From NCBI GenBank assembly GCA_963764165.1, contig CAVXRD010000002.1, positions 3,551,161 through 3,615,160 on the forward strand: a stretch of DNA of 64,000 nucleotides, written 5' to 3'. The notes under the pieces were generated by a model that was given only the letters and a program-made list of their open reading frames with translations, was not told the DNA's origin and made no database searches. Both the position numbers and the translations under genes were made by a program. Positions 9,709 through 18,501 of this stretch are shown in pieces. How positions within the stretch are numbered: position 1 is the stretch's first letter; every line of letters starts with the position of its first letter. The stretch is from an uncultured Verrucomicrobiae bacterium (lineage in GTDB: Bacteria > Verrucomicrobiota > Verrucomicrobiia > Limisphaerales > Palsa-1400).

Positions 9709-10527
9709 CTACCCACCACCTGGCGGAGTTCCACCAGATGAAGGCAGGGGAGGCAATCCCGGCGCACTCGTCGTGGGCGGGATACCTCCATTGAACACAG
9801 GGCGAATTGGAGCGCTGGTAACCGTGGCGCCAAGCGGAAGTGTAACGACCGCCGCCAATAATTGGCTGATTTGAGCATTATACTGAGACATAATCGCCGT
9901 TTCAACAGTAACCACAGCCGTGCTAAGGACGTTGGCACCTGACGTGAACTGCTCGCCACCACGCAAGGTCACGTTTTGCACCCCTCCACCTGACCCCACC
10001 TGTGCGGTGACGAAGACTGTGCCGGAGACACTGGTGAACGTCACGCTGTAGCCGCCGCCGGGCAGCAGGCTCACGCTAATTCTGAAGTCAGTTCCACGAA
10101 TTCCTGCGACGCCGCGGGGGGTCGTGATTTCATACTTGGAATTCGCACCGACCTTTTTGACCTGACCCAAAATGTTGCCATTCTTCAAGTCGAGCATGGT
10201 TTCGGTTTCTGCCGTAGGTCCCTTGCCAATCTTATCCATCGTCGGAATGGCCATCGTCGATTCAGCGCCAATGCGAACGGCGGAACTAATGCCATTCACG
10301 CTCATGTAAACCTCCGAGTCCGGCCCGGTCGTAATCTTCACACCAGCGGGGAGATCAGTATTCGGCTTAAGCTGTTTCTGAACCCCGTTAAGCTCGTAGG
10401 TTGCCGTTCCTTTAACAGTGCGGATTGTCGCTTTGCCAGCGGTTTTGCCGGGCTCGTTTGACTTGACCGTCACTGCGCTCAAGGCGAGAACAGCCAAACA
10501 AATAGCTAGGTTTTTCAAGATTTTCAT
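9709..10527 (-). CDS. Secreted FecR-domain protein
   Basis: Signal peptide MKILKNLAICL...; ITTGPDS, LDLKNG, ITTPRGVAGIRGTDF FecR motifs; Pro/Gly-rich tail. ATG at 10527. Confidence 0.87.
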   Translation of the reverse strand: MKILKNLAICLAVLALSAVTVKSNEPGKTAGKATIRTVKGTATYELNGVQKQLKPNTDLPAGVKITTGPDSEVYMSVNGISSAVRIGAESTMAIPTMDKIGKGPTAETETMLDLKNGNILGQVKKVGANSKYEITTPRGVAGIRGTDFRISVSLLPGGGYSVTFTSVSGTVFVTAQVGSGGGVQNVTLRGGEQFTSGANVLSTAVVTVETAIMSQYNAQISQLLAAVVTLPLGATVTSAPIRPVFNGGIPPTTSAPGLPPLPSSGGTPPGGG

Positions 10528-10561
10528 AAAATTATTCTCAATTACGCATTTACTAAGGGCT

Positions 10562-10589
10562 AGATTATCGTTTGGACAAGAATTGTCAA
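10562..10589 (-). promoter_or_regulatory. Putative sigma70 promoter of the FecR gene
   Basis: Minus-strand TTGACA (10589-10584), 16 bp, TAATCT in an AT-rich spacer. Confidence 0.45.
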
Positions 10590-10715
10590 CTCCATAAAGC
10601 CAAAAATTTAACAAAATCTTTAGACCTGCGCTCCCGCCTTTCGTTCAAAAGCTTCCCTTTTGCCGGAATTGACATAAATATAACAACGATAAATGCTTGC
10701 ATTTTAAACCACTCA

Positions 10716-12017
10716 TCACGGCGCAAACGAATATGCCCAAATCACTCCGCCGTCCAGAACCAAAAGCAGTGCTCCGGCGCCTTTTCGCGGCGCGAGGGAA
10801 GCCCCTTGGATGGTGGATTTGCGGCTGATTGTCCCCGCGAGAGATCCAGTTGAAGCCGCGATCTCCAAGTCCCCGCGCGGATCCGAATAAATCCATTCGC
10901 CGCTGTTATCTCCAAGCAGGTCGCCCGCTACGGCGATTGTCGTCTGGCCCGGTGTGCCTGGGGCAGACCGCGAAACCCAGCTCGTCGCACCGTTTTCCTC
11001 AAAGGCGACAACGGCGCCGTTGGCAAAACCCAGCATCTGCACAGCATTGCTCTCCATTAATCCGGCCGCCACATGGGTGAAGTAACCTCCCTCAGGCCGC
11101 AGAGCCGGGAGCGCTTTGCCGGCAAGATCGATCAGCACGACGGCTCCAGACGCCTCGCACGCCGCGATCGCCCCCGGGTGGAGAAGAGTGGGCGGAATAA
11201 ACGCGTGCGACCAAACATTGCCCATGCGAACTTGCCACAATTCCTTGCCTTCGCTCGAATACGCCGCGATCCCGCTCGCGCCGTTGTAACCGATGACGAC
11301 TCCCTCTTCTCCATCGCCGTTGAGGTCAGCCCAGTGCGCGCCGTTCATTCCCAGCCAGGCGGACTGTTTCCAAGCCTCTTTGCCGTTATGATCGATCACG
11401 GAAAGATTTCTGCCCCAAGGCGTTGTGTAACCAAGAAGACGCGAGCCTTTCGATTTGCTGCGCCCATATTCAATAACGGTAAACACGCCCGGCAAACTTA
11501 CATGGGATTTTTCAATTCCCGCTAAGTCGAGCACATGGAGCGTCTGTCCCGACACCACCAGAATTTCCGCGGAGCCCGTGCCATCCCAATCGCCGACAGT
11601 CATGGCGACCGCGCCGGGAATAGTGTTCGACCAGACAAGCGACGTCTTGAACATGGATTTCGCGGCGGGCAATGCGGTTGGGCTCAACAATTTGGCCGAC
11701 GGGATTGCCGGAGGCGAGCCTTTGGCAGCCGCACCCACGTTTGCGACGGAGTTAATCAGGGACTTATATAGAAGGGCGAATCCGATGCTCGCCACGATTC
11801 CGAAGACGGAAAGTCCGATTCCCCATCGCGCCATGGTCTTGCCGCCCTCTGGGCGATTGAGGGACGTGATTCCAATCCCGACTCCCGCCAATCCAAAGAT
11901 GAATCCAACAACCAGGAAGCTGAGCCCGATGGCAATAATGCCCGCAATCAAACAGGCCAGCGCCTTGCCCGACGGCGGCCCAAATCCGGCCCGGTCAATT
12001 GGTGGCGGAACGTCCAT
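10716..12017 (-). CDS. Membrane protein: DUF4190-like N-terminal TM pair plus extracytoplasmic FG-GAP/PQQ-like beta-propeller
   Basis: GKALACLIAGI...G...A.WGIGLS TM hairpin; VGDWDGTG, WADLNGDG and AGDLLGDN repeats. Confidence 0.7.
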   Translation of the reverse strand: MDVPPPIDRAGFGPPSGKALACLIAGIIAIGLSFLVVGFIFGLAGVGIGITSLNRPEGGKTMARWGIGLSVFGIVASIGFALLYKSLINSVANVGAAAKGSPPAIPSAKLLSPTALPAAKSMFKTSLVWSNTIPGAVAMTVGDWDGTGSAEILVVSGQTLHVLDLAGIEKSHVSLPGVFTVIEYGRSKSKGSRLLGYTTPWGRNLSVIDHNGKEAWKQSAWLGMNGAHWADLNGDGEEGVVIGYNGASGIAAYSSEGKELWQVRMGNVWSHAFIPPTLLHPGAIAACEASGAVVLIDLAGKALPALRPEGGYFTHVAAGLMESNAVQMLGFANGAVVAFEENGATSWVSRSAPGTPGQTTIAVAGDLLGDNSGEWIYSDPRGDLEIAASTGSLAGTISRKSTIQGASLAPRKGAGALLLVLDGGVIWAYSFAP

Positions 12018-12041
12018 TTTTCAGTCCGGCGCGAACGAGCG

Positions 12042-12563
12042 TCAGGGAGCCGGCGCGGGGTCAGCCTCGTCCGGGTTGCAAGCGTCAATGACGTTCTGGC
12101 GGGTCATATAATACAGAAGCAACCCCGCATAGCCCATTCCGATCAGCAGGGCGAATCCCATGCTCACCGCGGTAATTCCAGTGGCCATGCCATGCGTCAT
12201 GTGAGGCGCCGCCTCCATCCCCCGCACCATCACCGGATAGGTGATATAAACGGAAACCGGCGAATACACGATGGCCGCAATCGAGTAAATGATAAGACCC
12301 AGGCGGGCCCAGTTTCTCAGCAGAAGCAGGCCAATGCCGAAAGTCAGGAGCGCCACACCGAACGCAATGCTCACCCCGGTGGCGAAGTGGCTGAACTTCA
12401 TAAAATCCGGATCCGCGTTCATCGCGTCCAATACAGGATTCGGTGTCTTGGTGGTATTGAGCGCTTTCGCCATGGCCTGCATCACCGGCGAGGCCACCGA
12501 GAGCAAAGCCAGGCCAATGCTTAGGATTCCAAAAATGAGAGTGGCCATCGGACGCTGTTTCAT
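12042..12563 (-). CDS. Hypothetical 4-TM membrane protein
   Basis: ATG 12563 (MKQRPMATLIFGIL...), four hydrophobic helices, GIGLLLLRNWAR. The upstream extension in the track runs through the repeat element. Confidence 0.75.
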   Translation of the reverse strand: MKQRPMATLIFGILSIGLALLSVASPVMQAMAKALNTTKTPNPVLDAMNADPDFMKFSHFATGVSIAFGVALLTFGIGLLLLRNWARLGLIIYSIAAIVYSPVSVYITYPVMVRGMEAAPHMTHGMATGITAVSMGFALLIGMGYAGLLLYYMTRQNVIDACNPDEADPAPAP

Positions 12564-12665
12564 CGTGTTTCCTTTTGTTTCAAAGTGAACGGCCTGAATT
12601 CGCTTGATAATGGCCGCGCGCCGCGCGGACGCAATATTATTATCAGCAACCGAATAATCTCCAAA

Positions 12666-12956
12666 TGATTTCCCGCCGTTTTCATTGGAAGGGAATGCCT
12701 GCGCCAGCCTTTGCCCGGAACCTGTTTTGGAGCGTGCAAGCTGGGTGCAAGCGAGGCTCAAAAAACGCAAAGTGCAACAGGGTGCAATAGGGTGCAACGA
12801 ACTCTCTCCGTCGAAACTCGGTTAGACGGCCCCAATGACAAGGCAATCAGATTACGGCACATAAACACGAAGTTGCGCGCAGCGCGGCTTTCCTCAATAT
12901 GACCTTTCATATGCATGAACGCACCTTGCCACGGTTGGGGCGGGATGGAAAACCTA
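12666..12956 (-). repeat. Copy B of the ~290-bp dispersed element, inverted relative to copy A; small ORF 12916-12758 (52 aa)
   Basis: Reverse complement is collinear with 3763-4051. ORF MHMKGHIEESRAARNFVFMCRNLIALSLGPSNRVSTERVRCTLLHPVALCVF*. Confidence 0.85.
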
Positions 12957-13087
12957 TCGGTGGTCTTTCAGAAAATCGGACAGGCGCAGCTTGGCGACTT
13001 CCAAAACGTGCGTGTCCAAAGAGCGGCGAATAAGCTTGCCGTCGACCTTAACTCGGCCAAAATAGGTGCCGCTTGTTTAAGAGTTTA

Positions 13088-13162
13088 GCCAGTTTAGCTC
13101 AGCGGTAGAGCAACGGTTTTGTAAACCGTCGGTCGTCGGTTCGATTCCGACAACTGGCTCCA
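13088..13162 (+). tRNA. tRNA-Thr(UGU)
   Basis: GCCAGTT/AACTGGC acceptor stem, TAGCTCAGCGGTAGAGC D arm, ACGGT-TTTGTAA-ACCGT anticodon arm, GGTTCGATTCC T arm, encoded CCA. Confidence 0.97.
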
Positions 13163-13208
13163 TTCTTAACTGCATGTGCAGCAACGGTTTGTGAGCGTCG
13201 GAATGGCC

Positions 13209-13232
13209 ACTGTCAGTGAAACTGTCAGTAAA
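13209..13232 (+). repeat. Tandem 12-bp direct repeat, candidate integrase arm-type sites
   Basis: ACTGTCAGTGAA ACTGTCAGTAAA between the tRNA 3' end and the integrase start. Confidence 0.6.
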
Positions 13233-13349
13233 CCGGCGAAGCGGCAAACCATTCGCCATTACTCGGCAAAACTTCCCTGAGACTCGCCACCGCTTGCGTT
13301 CGATTACGCGGGCCGCGTCGGACTGATTTGCTGATTTGGAAAAATCAGC

Positions 13350-13886
13350 ATGAAAGCACGTTTCATTTTGTTCCGTCGCGGCGCGATGTTTTATTGCGAG
13401 GACACCGAAACGGGAAAGCAAACCAGCCTTAAGACGAAGGTCGAAAGCGAAGCCCAAGCCCTGCTTCACACGCGCAACGAGGCTGTGCGCCGGCCCGCCA
13501 TGAATCTGCAAATCGCGCAGGTTTATCTCCGTCATTCTGATCCGACGATGTCGGGCCGCACATGGCAAAACGTGATGGATGAAATTGTTGCCGCAAAATC
13601 GGGGCCGACGGGCGAGCGTTGGAAATACGCCGTTGCCGGTAAAGCCTTCGATTGCATTCGCGACGTCAAACTGGTGGAGACAACCGGCGAGCAGTTCTTG
13701 CGGACGCTCCGGGCCGGAACCGTGACGACGAATGTCTATTTGCGCCGCCTTCACAATTTTGCGCTAGGAATGCACTGGCTCCCGTGGCCGATCTTGCCAA
13801 AATTACAATGGCCCGCCCTTAAATTCGGCGAAAAGCGTGCGGTCACATTTGACGAGCATCGCCGGATCATTGAACGCGAGGGCAAT
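13350..13886 (+). pseudogene. Truncated tyrosine integrase (N-terminal and core-binding part only)
   Basis: MKARFILFRRG.MFYCEDTETGKQTSL...NVYLRRLHNFA...WLPWPILPK...EKRAVTFDEHRRII resembles tRNA-adjacent integrases. Similarity stops at EREGN and no R-HxxR-Y catalytic domain follows; the rest of the 434-aa ORF is antisense to other genes. Confidence 0.75.
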
Positions 13887-13981
13887 GAGCTTAATGAGGT
13901 CATCCATTGGCCCATCCAAGCGGAAAGCAAACACGATTGTTTGATGCCCTACAATATGCTGAATTGCCCCGAAAAGCTCTT

Positions 13982-14188
13982 CTACTTTGGCACCTGTCCG
14001 TCAGAAATCTGTTTCACGAGTGCGCAGATATCAGCCGCCGGCCACGCGGTGCAGCGAACTGACAGTTTCACAGGTTTCGGATACTTGCCCGCCTTCACTC
14101 CGGCCCACCAAGAAGATTTGCTGACTGGAATAACTTTGAGCACTTCTGAAAGCCGAACGAACCCTATTTCAGGAATCGTGAACTGCAT
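13982..14188 (-). CDS. alpA: AlpA-family regulator / excisionase
   Basis: MQFTIPEIGFVRLSEVLKVIPVSKSSWWAGVKAGKYPKPVKLSVRCTAW; GGGAGG RBS upstream. Confidence 0.88.
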   Translation of the reverse strand: MQFTIPEIGFVRLSEVLKVIPVSKSSWWAGVKAGKYPKPVKLSVRCTAWPAADICALVKQISDGQVPK

Positions 14189-14237
14189 AATCAACCTCCC
14201 TAATGAAATTTCAGACCTGCGCCCCATGCGCCTCCCC

Positions 14238-14690
14238 TTAATGCTTTATCTCTTGCTCCGAACCAGAATTCTCCCCGCGATTTCCATGCCACTGAATTTC
14301 GATACTCTCGATGAACGCCGCTTTGTCACTCGTGGGTTTTGCCCACCGCTCAGGATCAAATTCCTGAATGAAGCCGCCCATTTGATTTTGAATTGCGAAG
14401 ACGATTTCTTGCAGATTCCGCCCGCGCACGAGGACACTCATTATCGTGTAGGTGACAAGAAAATTTGTCCCATACGCACCATCGTGCGCCACGTTGAGCA
14501 ACAAGTTGCTTCGTGGCGAATGGTGCGGCGGTCGCACGCGCCTAATCTCCAAAAAATGCGATTTGTCCTTTGCCACGAAGGCGACATATTCCTCCTGCAT
14601 GGGAGGCTGCGGCCCGCCCGTAGTGGGTGGTGCCGACTTGCGAAACTGCGCTAATAGATCATCGACCATCGTTTCGCTCCATGTCGCCAT
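14238..14690 (-). CDS. Hypothetical protein in the mobilization operon
   Basis: 150-aa globular-looking ORF, co-oriented between the relaxase and alpA. Confidence 0.65.
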   Translation of the reverse strand: MATWSETMVDDLLAQFRKSAPPTTGGPQPPMQEEYVAFVAKDKSHFLEIRRVRPPHHSPRSNLLLNVAHDGAYGTNFLVTYTIMSVLVRGRNLQEIVFAIQNQMGGFIQEFDPERWAKPTSDKAAFIESIEIQWHGNRGENSGSEQEIKH

Positions 14691-14892
14691 TCATCTGACA
14701 TGCACAGCGGGCACGTTCACCCCAAACGAACAGAAGCCCGCCTTTTTCAAGGCCAGCCGTCGGAGGCGTGATCTTGGGTGTCTCGAATGGCCGGTCAATA
14801 TCGTTTGCGGCGACCAGCCGGATGTCTCGCAAATTTTCGATGCTGGCCACCGCGTCCAGTGCTCGTCGTTTCACTTGTTCGGAGAGTGCCAT
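14659..14892 (-). CDS. Small hypothetical protein
   Basis: ATG 3 bp after the reconstructed relaxase stop, with GGAG upstream; overlaps the next gene by 32 bp. Confidence 0.45.
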   Translation of the reverse strand: MALSEQVKRRALDAVASIENLRDIRLVAANDIDRPFETPKITPPTAGLEKGGLLFVWGERARCACQMNGDMERNDGR

Positions 14893-15032
14893 AAATTATC
14901 GCTCCATCTCGGGGCCGCGTGACTGCCCCGGAGCCGGTTGATGCCCGCGTGGCGGCGTTATCATCATGGAATGCCAAATGTCTTTGGCGGTTTCTTTTGC
15001 CGATTCATGGACACCCGCCATGAAAATCCTAG

Positions 15033-15853
15033 GGCCTGTTAACACTAACGTAACGCCTCCACGATGAGCGCGAGGACGACGAATCCGGAGTACAACGCAT
15101 CCAATTTGTCGAAGCGACTGAAGACTCGGCGGTAGCTTTTGAGTCGGCGAAAAAGCCGTTCAATCTCATTGCGGCGTCGGTAAAGGGTTTGGTCATACTC
15201 CCACGGATTTAAGCGTCGGGGGTTAGGAGGAACCACTGGAGCGTAGCCCAATTCCCGCGCCTGTTGCAGAGTCTCGTCCCCTTCATAGGCGCTGTCCATG
15301 ATGAGTGGAAGCCCTGCCGGAACCGGCCCGCCCGCCTGCAAAAGCTCGCGTCCTTGCGGCGCGTCCCCCGCCTGGCCGGGGGAAAGCTTGAGCATTAAGG
15401 CGCACTGGGCATTCGCGGCAACCAGATGAATTTTGGTGGTGCAACCGCCTCGGGAGCGCCCGATGGCCTGTGGGCCGTTTTTTTTAGCGCCCCGGTGCCG
15501 TCGGGGTGAACCTTGATCGTCGTGCTGTCCAAGCAGACTTGCTCGATCCGGATCGCCAGGATTTGCTCCTGCTGGAGCCGGGCGAAGACTCGATCCAGCA
15601 CGCCCGCTTTGCTCCAGCGGTTCATGCGGGTGTAGATCGTATGCCAGTTGCCAAAATGTTTTGGCAGGCCGCGCCATTTGCACCCATGCTCCACCACATA
15701 GAGCAGGGCGTTGAGAAGTTGCAGATTGGTCATGCTCACGTTGCCGCGCTGCCGCGGCAGACAATCAGCAACCCGCTGATATTGACTCTCTGTAAGCTCC
15801 ACCCAGCCATTTTGCCTTGTCGCCTATAAAATGTCAATTAGTGTTAACAGGCC
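15033..15853 (-). mobile_element. IS5-family (IS427-group) insertion sequence, ~820 bp
   Basis: Perfect terminal inverted repeats GGCCTGTTAACACTAA, flanked by CTAG at 15029-15032 and 15854-15857. Confidence 0.95.
15045..15802 (-). CDS. IS5-family transposase split into orfA (15802-15395) and orfB (to 15045), joined by a probable -1 frameshift
   Basis: orfA GCKWRGLP..FGNWHTIY.R..RW and LDSTTIKVH; orfB IGRSRGGCTTKIH, MDSAYE, YRRRNEIERLF. An A8 run (T8 at 15478-15485) sits at the frame junction. Confidence 0.92.
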
Positions 15854-16952
15854 CTAGAGCGTTCCCACCACGTCTTTCCGGCACCGGATTGGTGGAACTC
15901 CTTAAATTTATCAATCGCCCTGGCCAGCGGCTTCATTTCATTGAGGGTTCGCACAAAGCGCCAGAGCTTGAACCGTTCGGAGTCCCGGCCTTGGCGGCGC
16001 ATCGCCGTCGCCGTCGGGCCGATTTTTGGCTCCGGTTCGCGGTCGATCGCTCTCGCCTTGAGGGAACGGTGATCCACGCGTTCCGGGCGACCGGCCTTTT
16101 CCAAGGCAGCGTTTTCGTGCTTTTCCCACGAGTCCCGCCAGCCCTCAAGCTCGGACTTGGCCCTGACTCCAACGGCCCCACGCCCGTTGAATTTGCCAGC
16201 CGTGCTCGGCTTCTTCCCGAAACCTTCCCCTTCTACGGGGCGAGTCGTGACCATCACATGGGCATGAGGGTTAAGGCCGTTCTTGGATTTATGAACAGCG
16301 AAATCCGCCACAAATCCTTTGTCCACGAACTTGTCTTTACACCAGCCGCGAACAAGCTTGATTTGCTGCTCAGGGGTTAGCTCGCGGGCGAGCGTCAAAA
16401 CAAAATCCCGCGCAAGTTGAGAATCTTTTCTTTTCTCAACTTGCTCAATCGTGTTCCACAAACGCTCGCGCAGGTCGCGTTGTTTCCTAAAGTCGTCCTT
16501 GGTTTTGGGTGGCTCACTTTGCATCCAAGGTGCCGCATTTTTGGGAGCCATGATTTCAGAGTAGGCCACTTCCTGCGTGCGTGCGCGGTAGTTGTAAGTC
16601 GTCTTGGCCTGTTCGTCGGAAAGTTGGTTGCCGGAGCGGTAGGCCGCAGAATGAAGCACGCTTCCCGAACGATAAGCAGCCGAGGCCACTACGGACTTGC
16701 CGCGATTTTTGCGGCTGATAATTTTTGCTTCAAGACGGTAGATCGCCATACTCCCTGATCCAGTCGTCACTGCGGTTGATTTACGAACAGTATAACACAA
16801 CTGCCGTGTTCAGTCCCTCGGAAAGTGGCTTTCAGAGCCAATTTCAGCAGGTTGTCCGTTGCCGTTCGCTAGTGAAAACATGCCGCCGGGCCTTTGCCCC
16901 ATTTCCCGCCAAGCAAGGCAAGCAAGCCAGGCGCGCGCCGGGTATCCCCCCG

Positions 16953-16979
16953 ATGCCCAAAAGACATAAGTGCGCGGTT
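16953..16979 (+). promoter_or_regulatory. Putative MOBQ-type oriT
   Basis: ATAAGTGCGC (16966-16975) matches the RSF1010/pSK41-type nic core TAAGTGCG^C, preceded by an imperfect hairpin ATGCC-CAAAA-GACAT, ~220 bp upstream of mobA. Confidence 0.7.
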
Positions 16980-17338
16980 ATATGTTGCGTTCGCAACATC
17001 CGCGTTCAGAGGCTCAAGCGCCGCCTCCGAAACCACGCTGGCAAAGGCGTTCCGCCCTTGCCGAACCCTGACCAAAAGGGGGCTTTGAAGCCGCCCCCTT
17101 GTTGGCAATCCCTGGCTTATTGGGGCTCGCTTCGCATCCCCGGCCAAAGGGCATCTGTCCCTTGGCAAACCTCGACCAAAGAACGGCGTCCTTTGGGATT
17201 CTGCTGTGGTTGGCGCTGCTCGCGCATCGGTGGAACACGCAAACCAGCCGAAGCAATTATGCACGGGTTTTTGAGGTTGAATTAACGGCAATTTAACGGC
17301 ATAATAACGGAAATGTCCGTTTCCGGGTAATTGCCGTT

Positions 17339-18430
17339 ATGTCGTTTGCGCCCGCTTTCACCATCACGCCCAAAGTCGCCAATGCACTCATGCGCATTGA
17401 AGGAGCGAGGCAGGCCGTGGAACATCTGCCGATTACACCGGCATTGCTCGCCACGCTTCGCGAATCGGCCCGGCTTTATTCCACCCATTACTCCACCATG
17501 ATCGAAGGCAACCGCCTAACCCAGGAACAGGTCTCCAGGGTGATCGAAAAGCAGGAACATTTTCCCGGACGCGAACGCGACGAAAAGGAAGTCCTCGGCT
17601 ATTTCGCTGCGCTGGAAAAGGCGGAAGCGCTTGCCGAAGCCAGCCGCCCTGTAACCGAAAATCACATCCAGCTTTTGCACGCGCTGGTTATGGCTGGCGG
17701 CAGTGCCAAGGTAAAACCATCCCCCTACCGCGACGGCCAGAACGTCATCCGCGACAGCCGAAGCCGGGCAATAGTCTATCTGCCGCCGGAAGCCAAAGAC
17801 GTGCCGGCATTGATGAAGGACCTTGTGGCGTGGATTGGAACGTCGGAGCGGGACAAACTGCCCTGCCCGATCCGCGCCGGGATCGCGCATTACCAGTTCG
17901 CCACCATCCACCCGTATTATGATGGCAATGGCCGCACGGCCCGATTGCTGACGGGCCTCATTCTGCATTTAGGCTCCTTCGGCCTCAAAGGGCTTTATTC
18001 CCTGGAGGAATACTATGCCCGCAATCTTGGAGCCTATTACGAGGCGCTCACCGTCGGGCCATCCCATAATTATTACATGGGCAGGGCAACTGCCGACATT
18101 ACCAAGTGGGTCGAATACTTTTGCGACGGGATGGCAGAGAGCTTCGAGACGGTTAGAACCCGAGCGGAAGAATCGGCGGGGACCGGCGCGAAAGACGCCT
18201 CCCACCTGATGCGCGGCCTCGATCCGCGCCAGCGCAAAGCACTCACTTTGTTTCATCGCAGCGACACCATTACCAGCCACGATATTGAAAAACTCTTTGG
18301 CCTCTCCCAACGGATGGCCCGCAATCTGTTGACCGCATGGGTCGAAACCGGGTTTGTCACGGTTGCCGACACGGCCCGCAAAAGCCGCAAATACTCGCTG
18401 TCAGCAGAATTCAAGGAATTGATCCAGTAA
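17339..18430 (+). CDS. Fic-domain protein with C-terminal HTH (class II type)
   Basis: Fic motif HPYYDGNGRTAR, N-terminal inhibitory-type motif STMIEGN, C-terminal winged-helix-like segment. Confidence 0.93.
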   Translation: MSFAPAFTITPKVANALMRIEGARQAVEHLPITPALLATLRESARLYSTHYSTMIEGNRLTQEQVSRVIEKQEHFPGRERDEKEVLGYFAALEKAEALAEASRPVTENHIQLLHALVMAGGSAKVKPSPYRDGQNVIRDSRSRAIVYLPPEAKDVPALMKDLVAWIGTSERDKLPCPIRAGIAHYQFATIHPYYDGNGRTARLLTGLILHLGSFGLKGLYSLEEYYARNLGAYYEALTVGPSHNYYMGRATADITKWVEYFCDGMAESFETVRTRAEESAGTGAKDASHLMRGLDPRQRKALTLFHRSDTITSHDIEKLFGLSQRMARNLLTAWVETGFVTVADTARKSRKYSLSAEFKELIQ

Positions 18431-18501
18431 CGTATAATTTCACGCTGAAATGCAGGCGATAAGTTTCAACTATCGCCGTGCGCCACAAGTAACTGTTACC
18501 C

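Larger units (their letters stand above)
14896..16749 (-). pseudogene. mobA: MobA/MobL (MOBQ) relaxase interrupted near its 3' end by an IS5-family element
   Basis: MAIYRLEAKIISR...SAAYRSG...RERLWN.IE..EKRKDSQLAR...AVH...NPHAHVM...RVDHRSL. Removing the IS restores the frame: ...WWERSR|IFMAGVHESAKETAKDIWHSMMITPPRGHQPAPGQSRGPEMER*. Confidence 0.9.

Noticed and set aside
12564..12797. N-terminal extension of the 251-aa ORF
   Set aside because: Runs through repeat copy B; ATG 12563 with an AAAGGA RBS is the better start.
3763..12956. Composite transposon bounded by the inverted 290-bp copies
   Set aside because: No transposase or target duplication, the copies are well diverged and the enclosed genes look chromosomal; kept only as an unexplained repeat.
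13077..13754. 225-aa minus-strand ORF
   Set aside because: Antisense to the integrase remnant and the tRNA; MEPVVGIEPTT is a typical tRNA-antisense translation.
13350..14654. 434-aa ORF as a full-length integrase
   Set aside because: Integrase-like sequence stops near 13886; the rest is antisense to alpA and the 150-aa gene and lacks catalytic motifs.
16725..17296. ORFs between mobA and fic as mobC
   Set aside because: Overlapping low-quality translations with no recognisable motif; the region is better explained as oriT and promoters.
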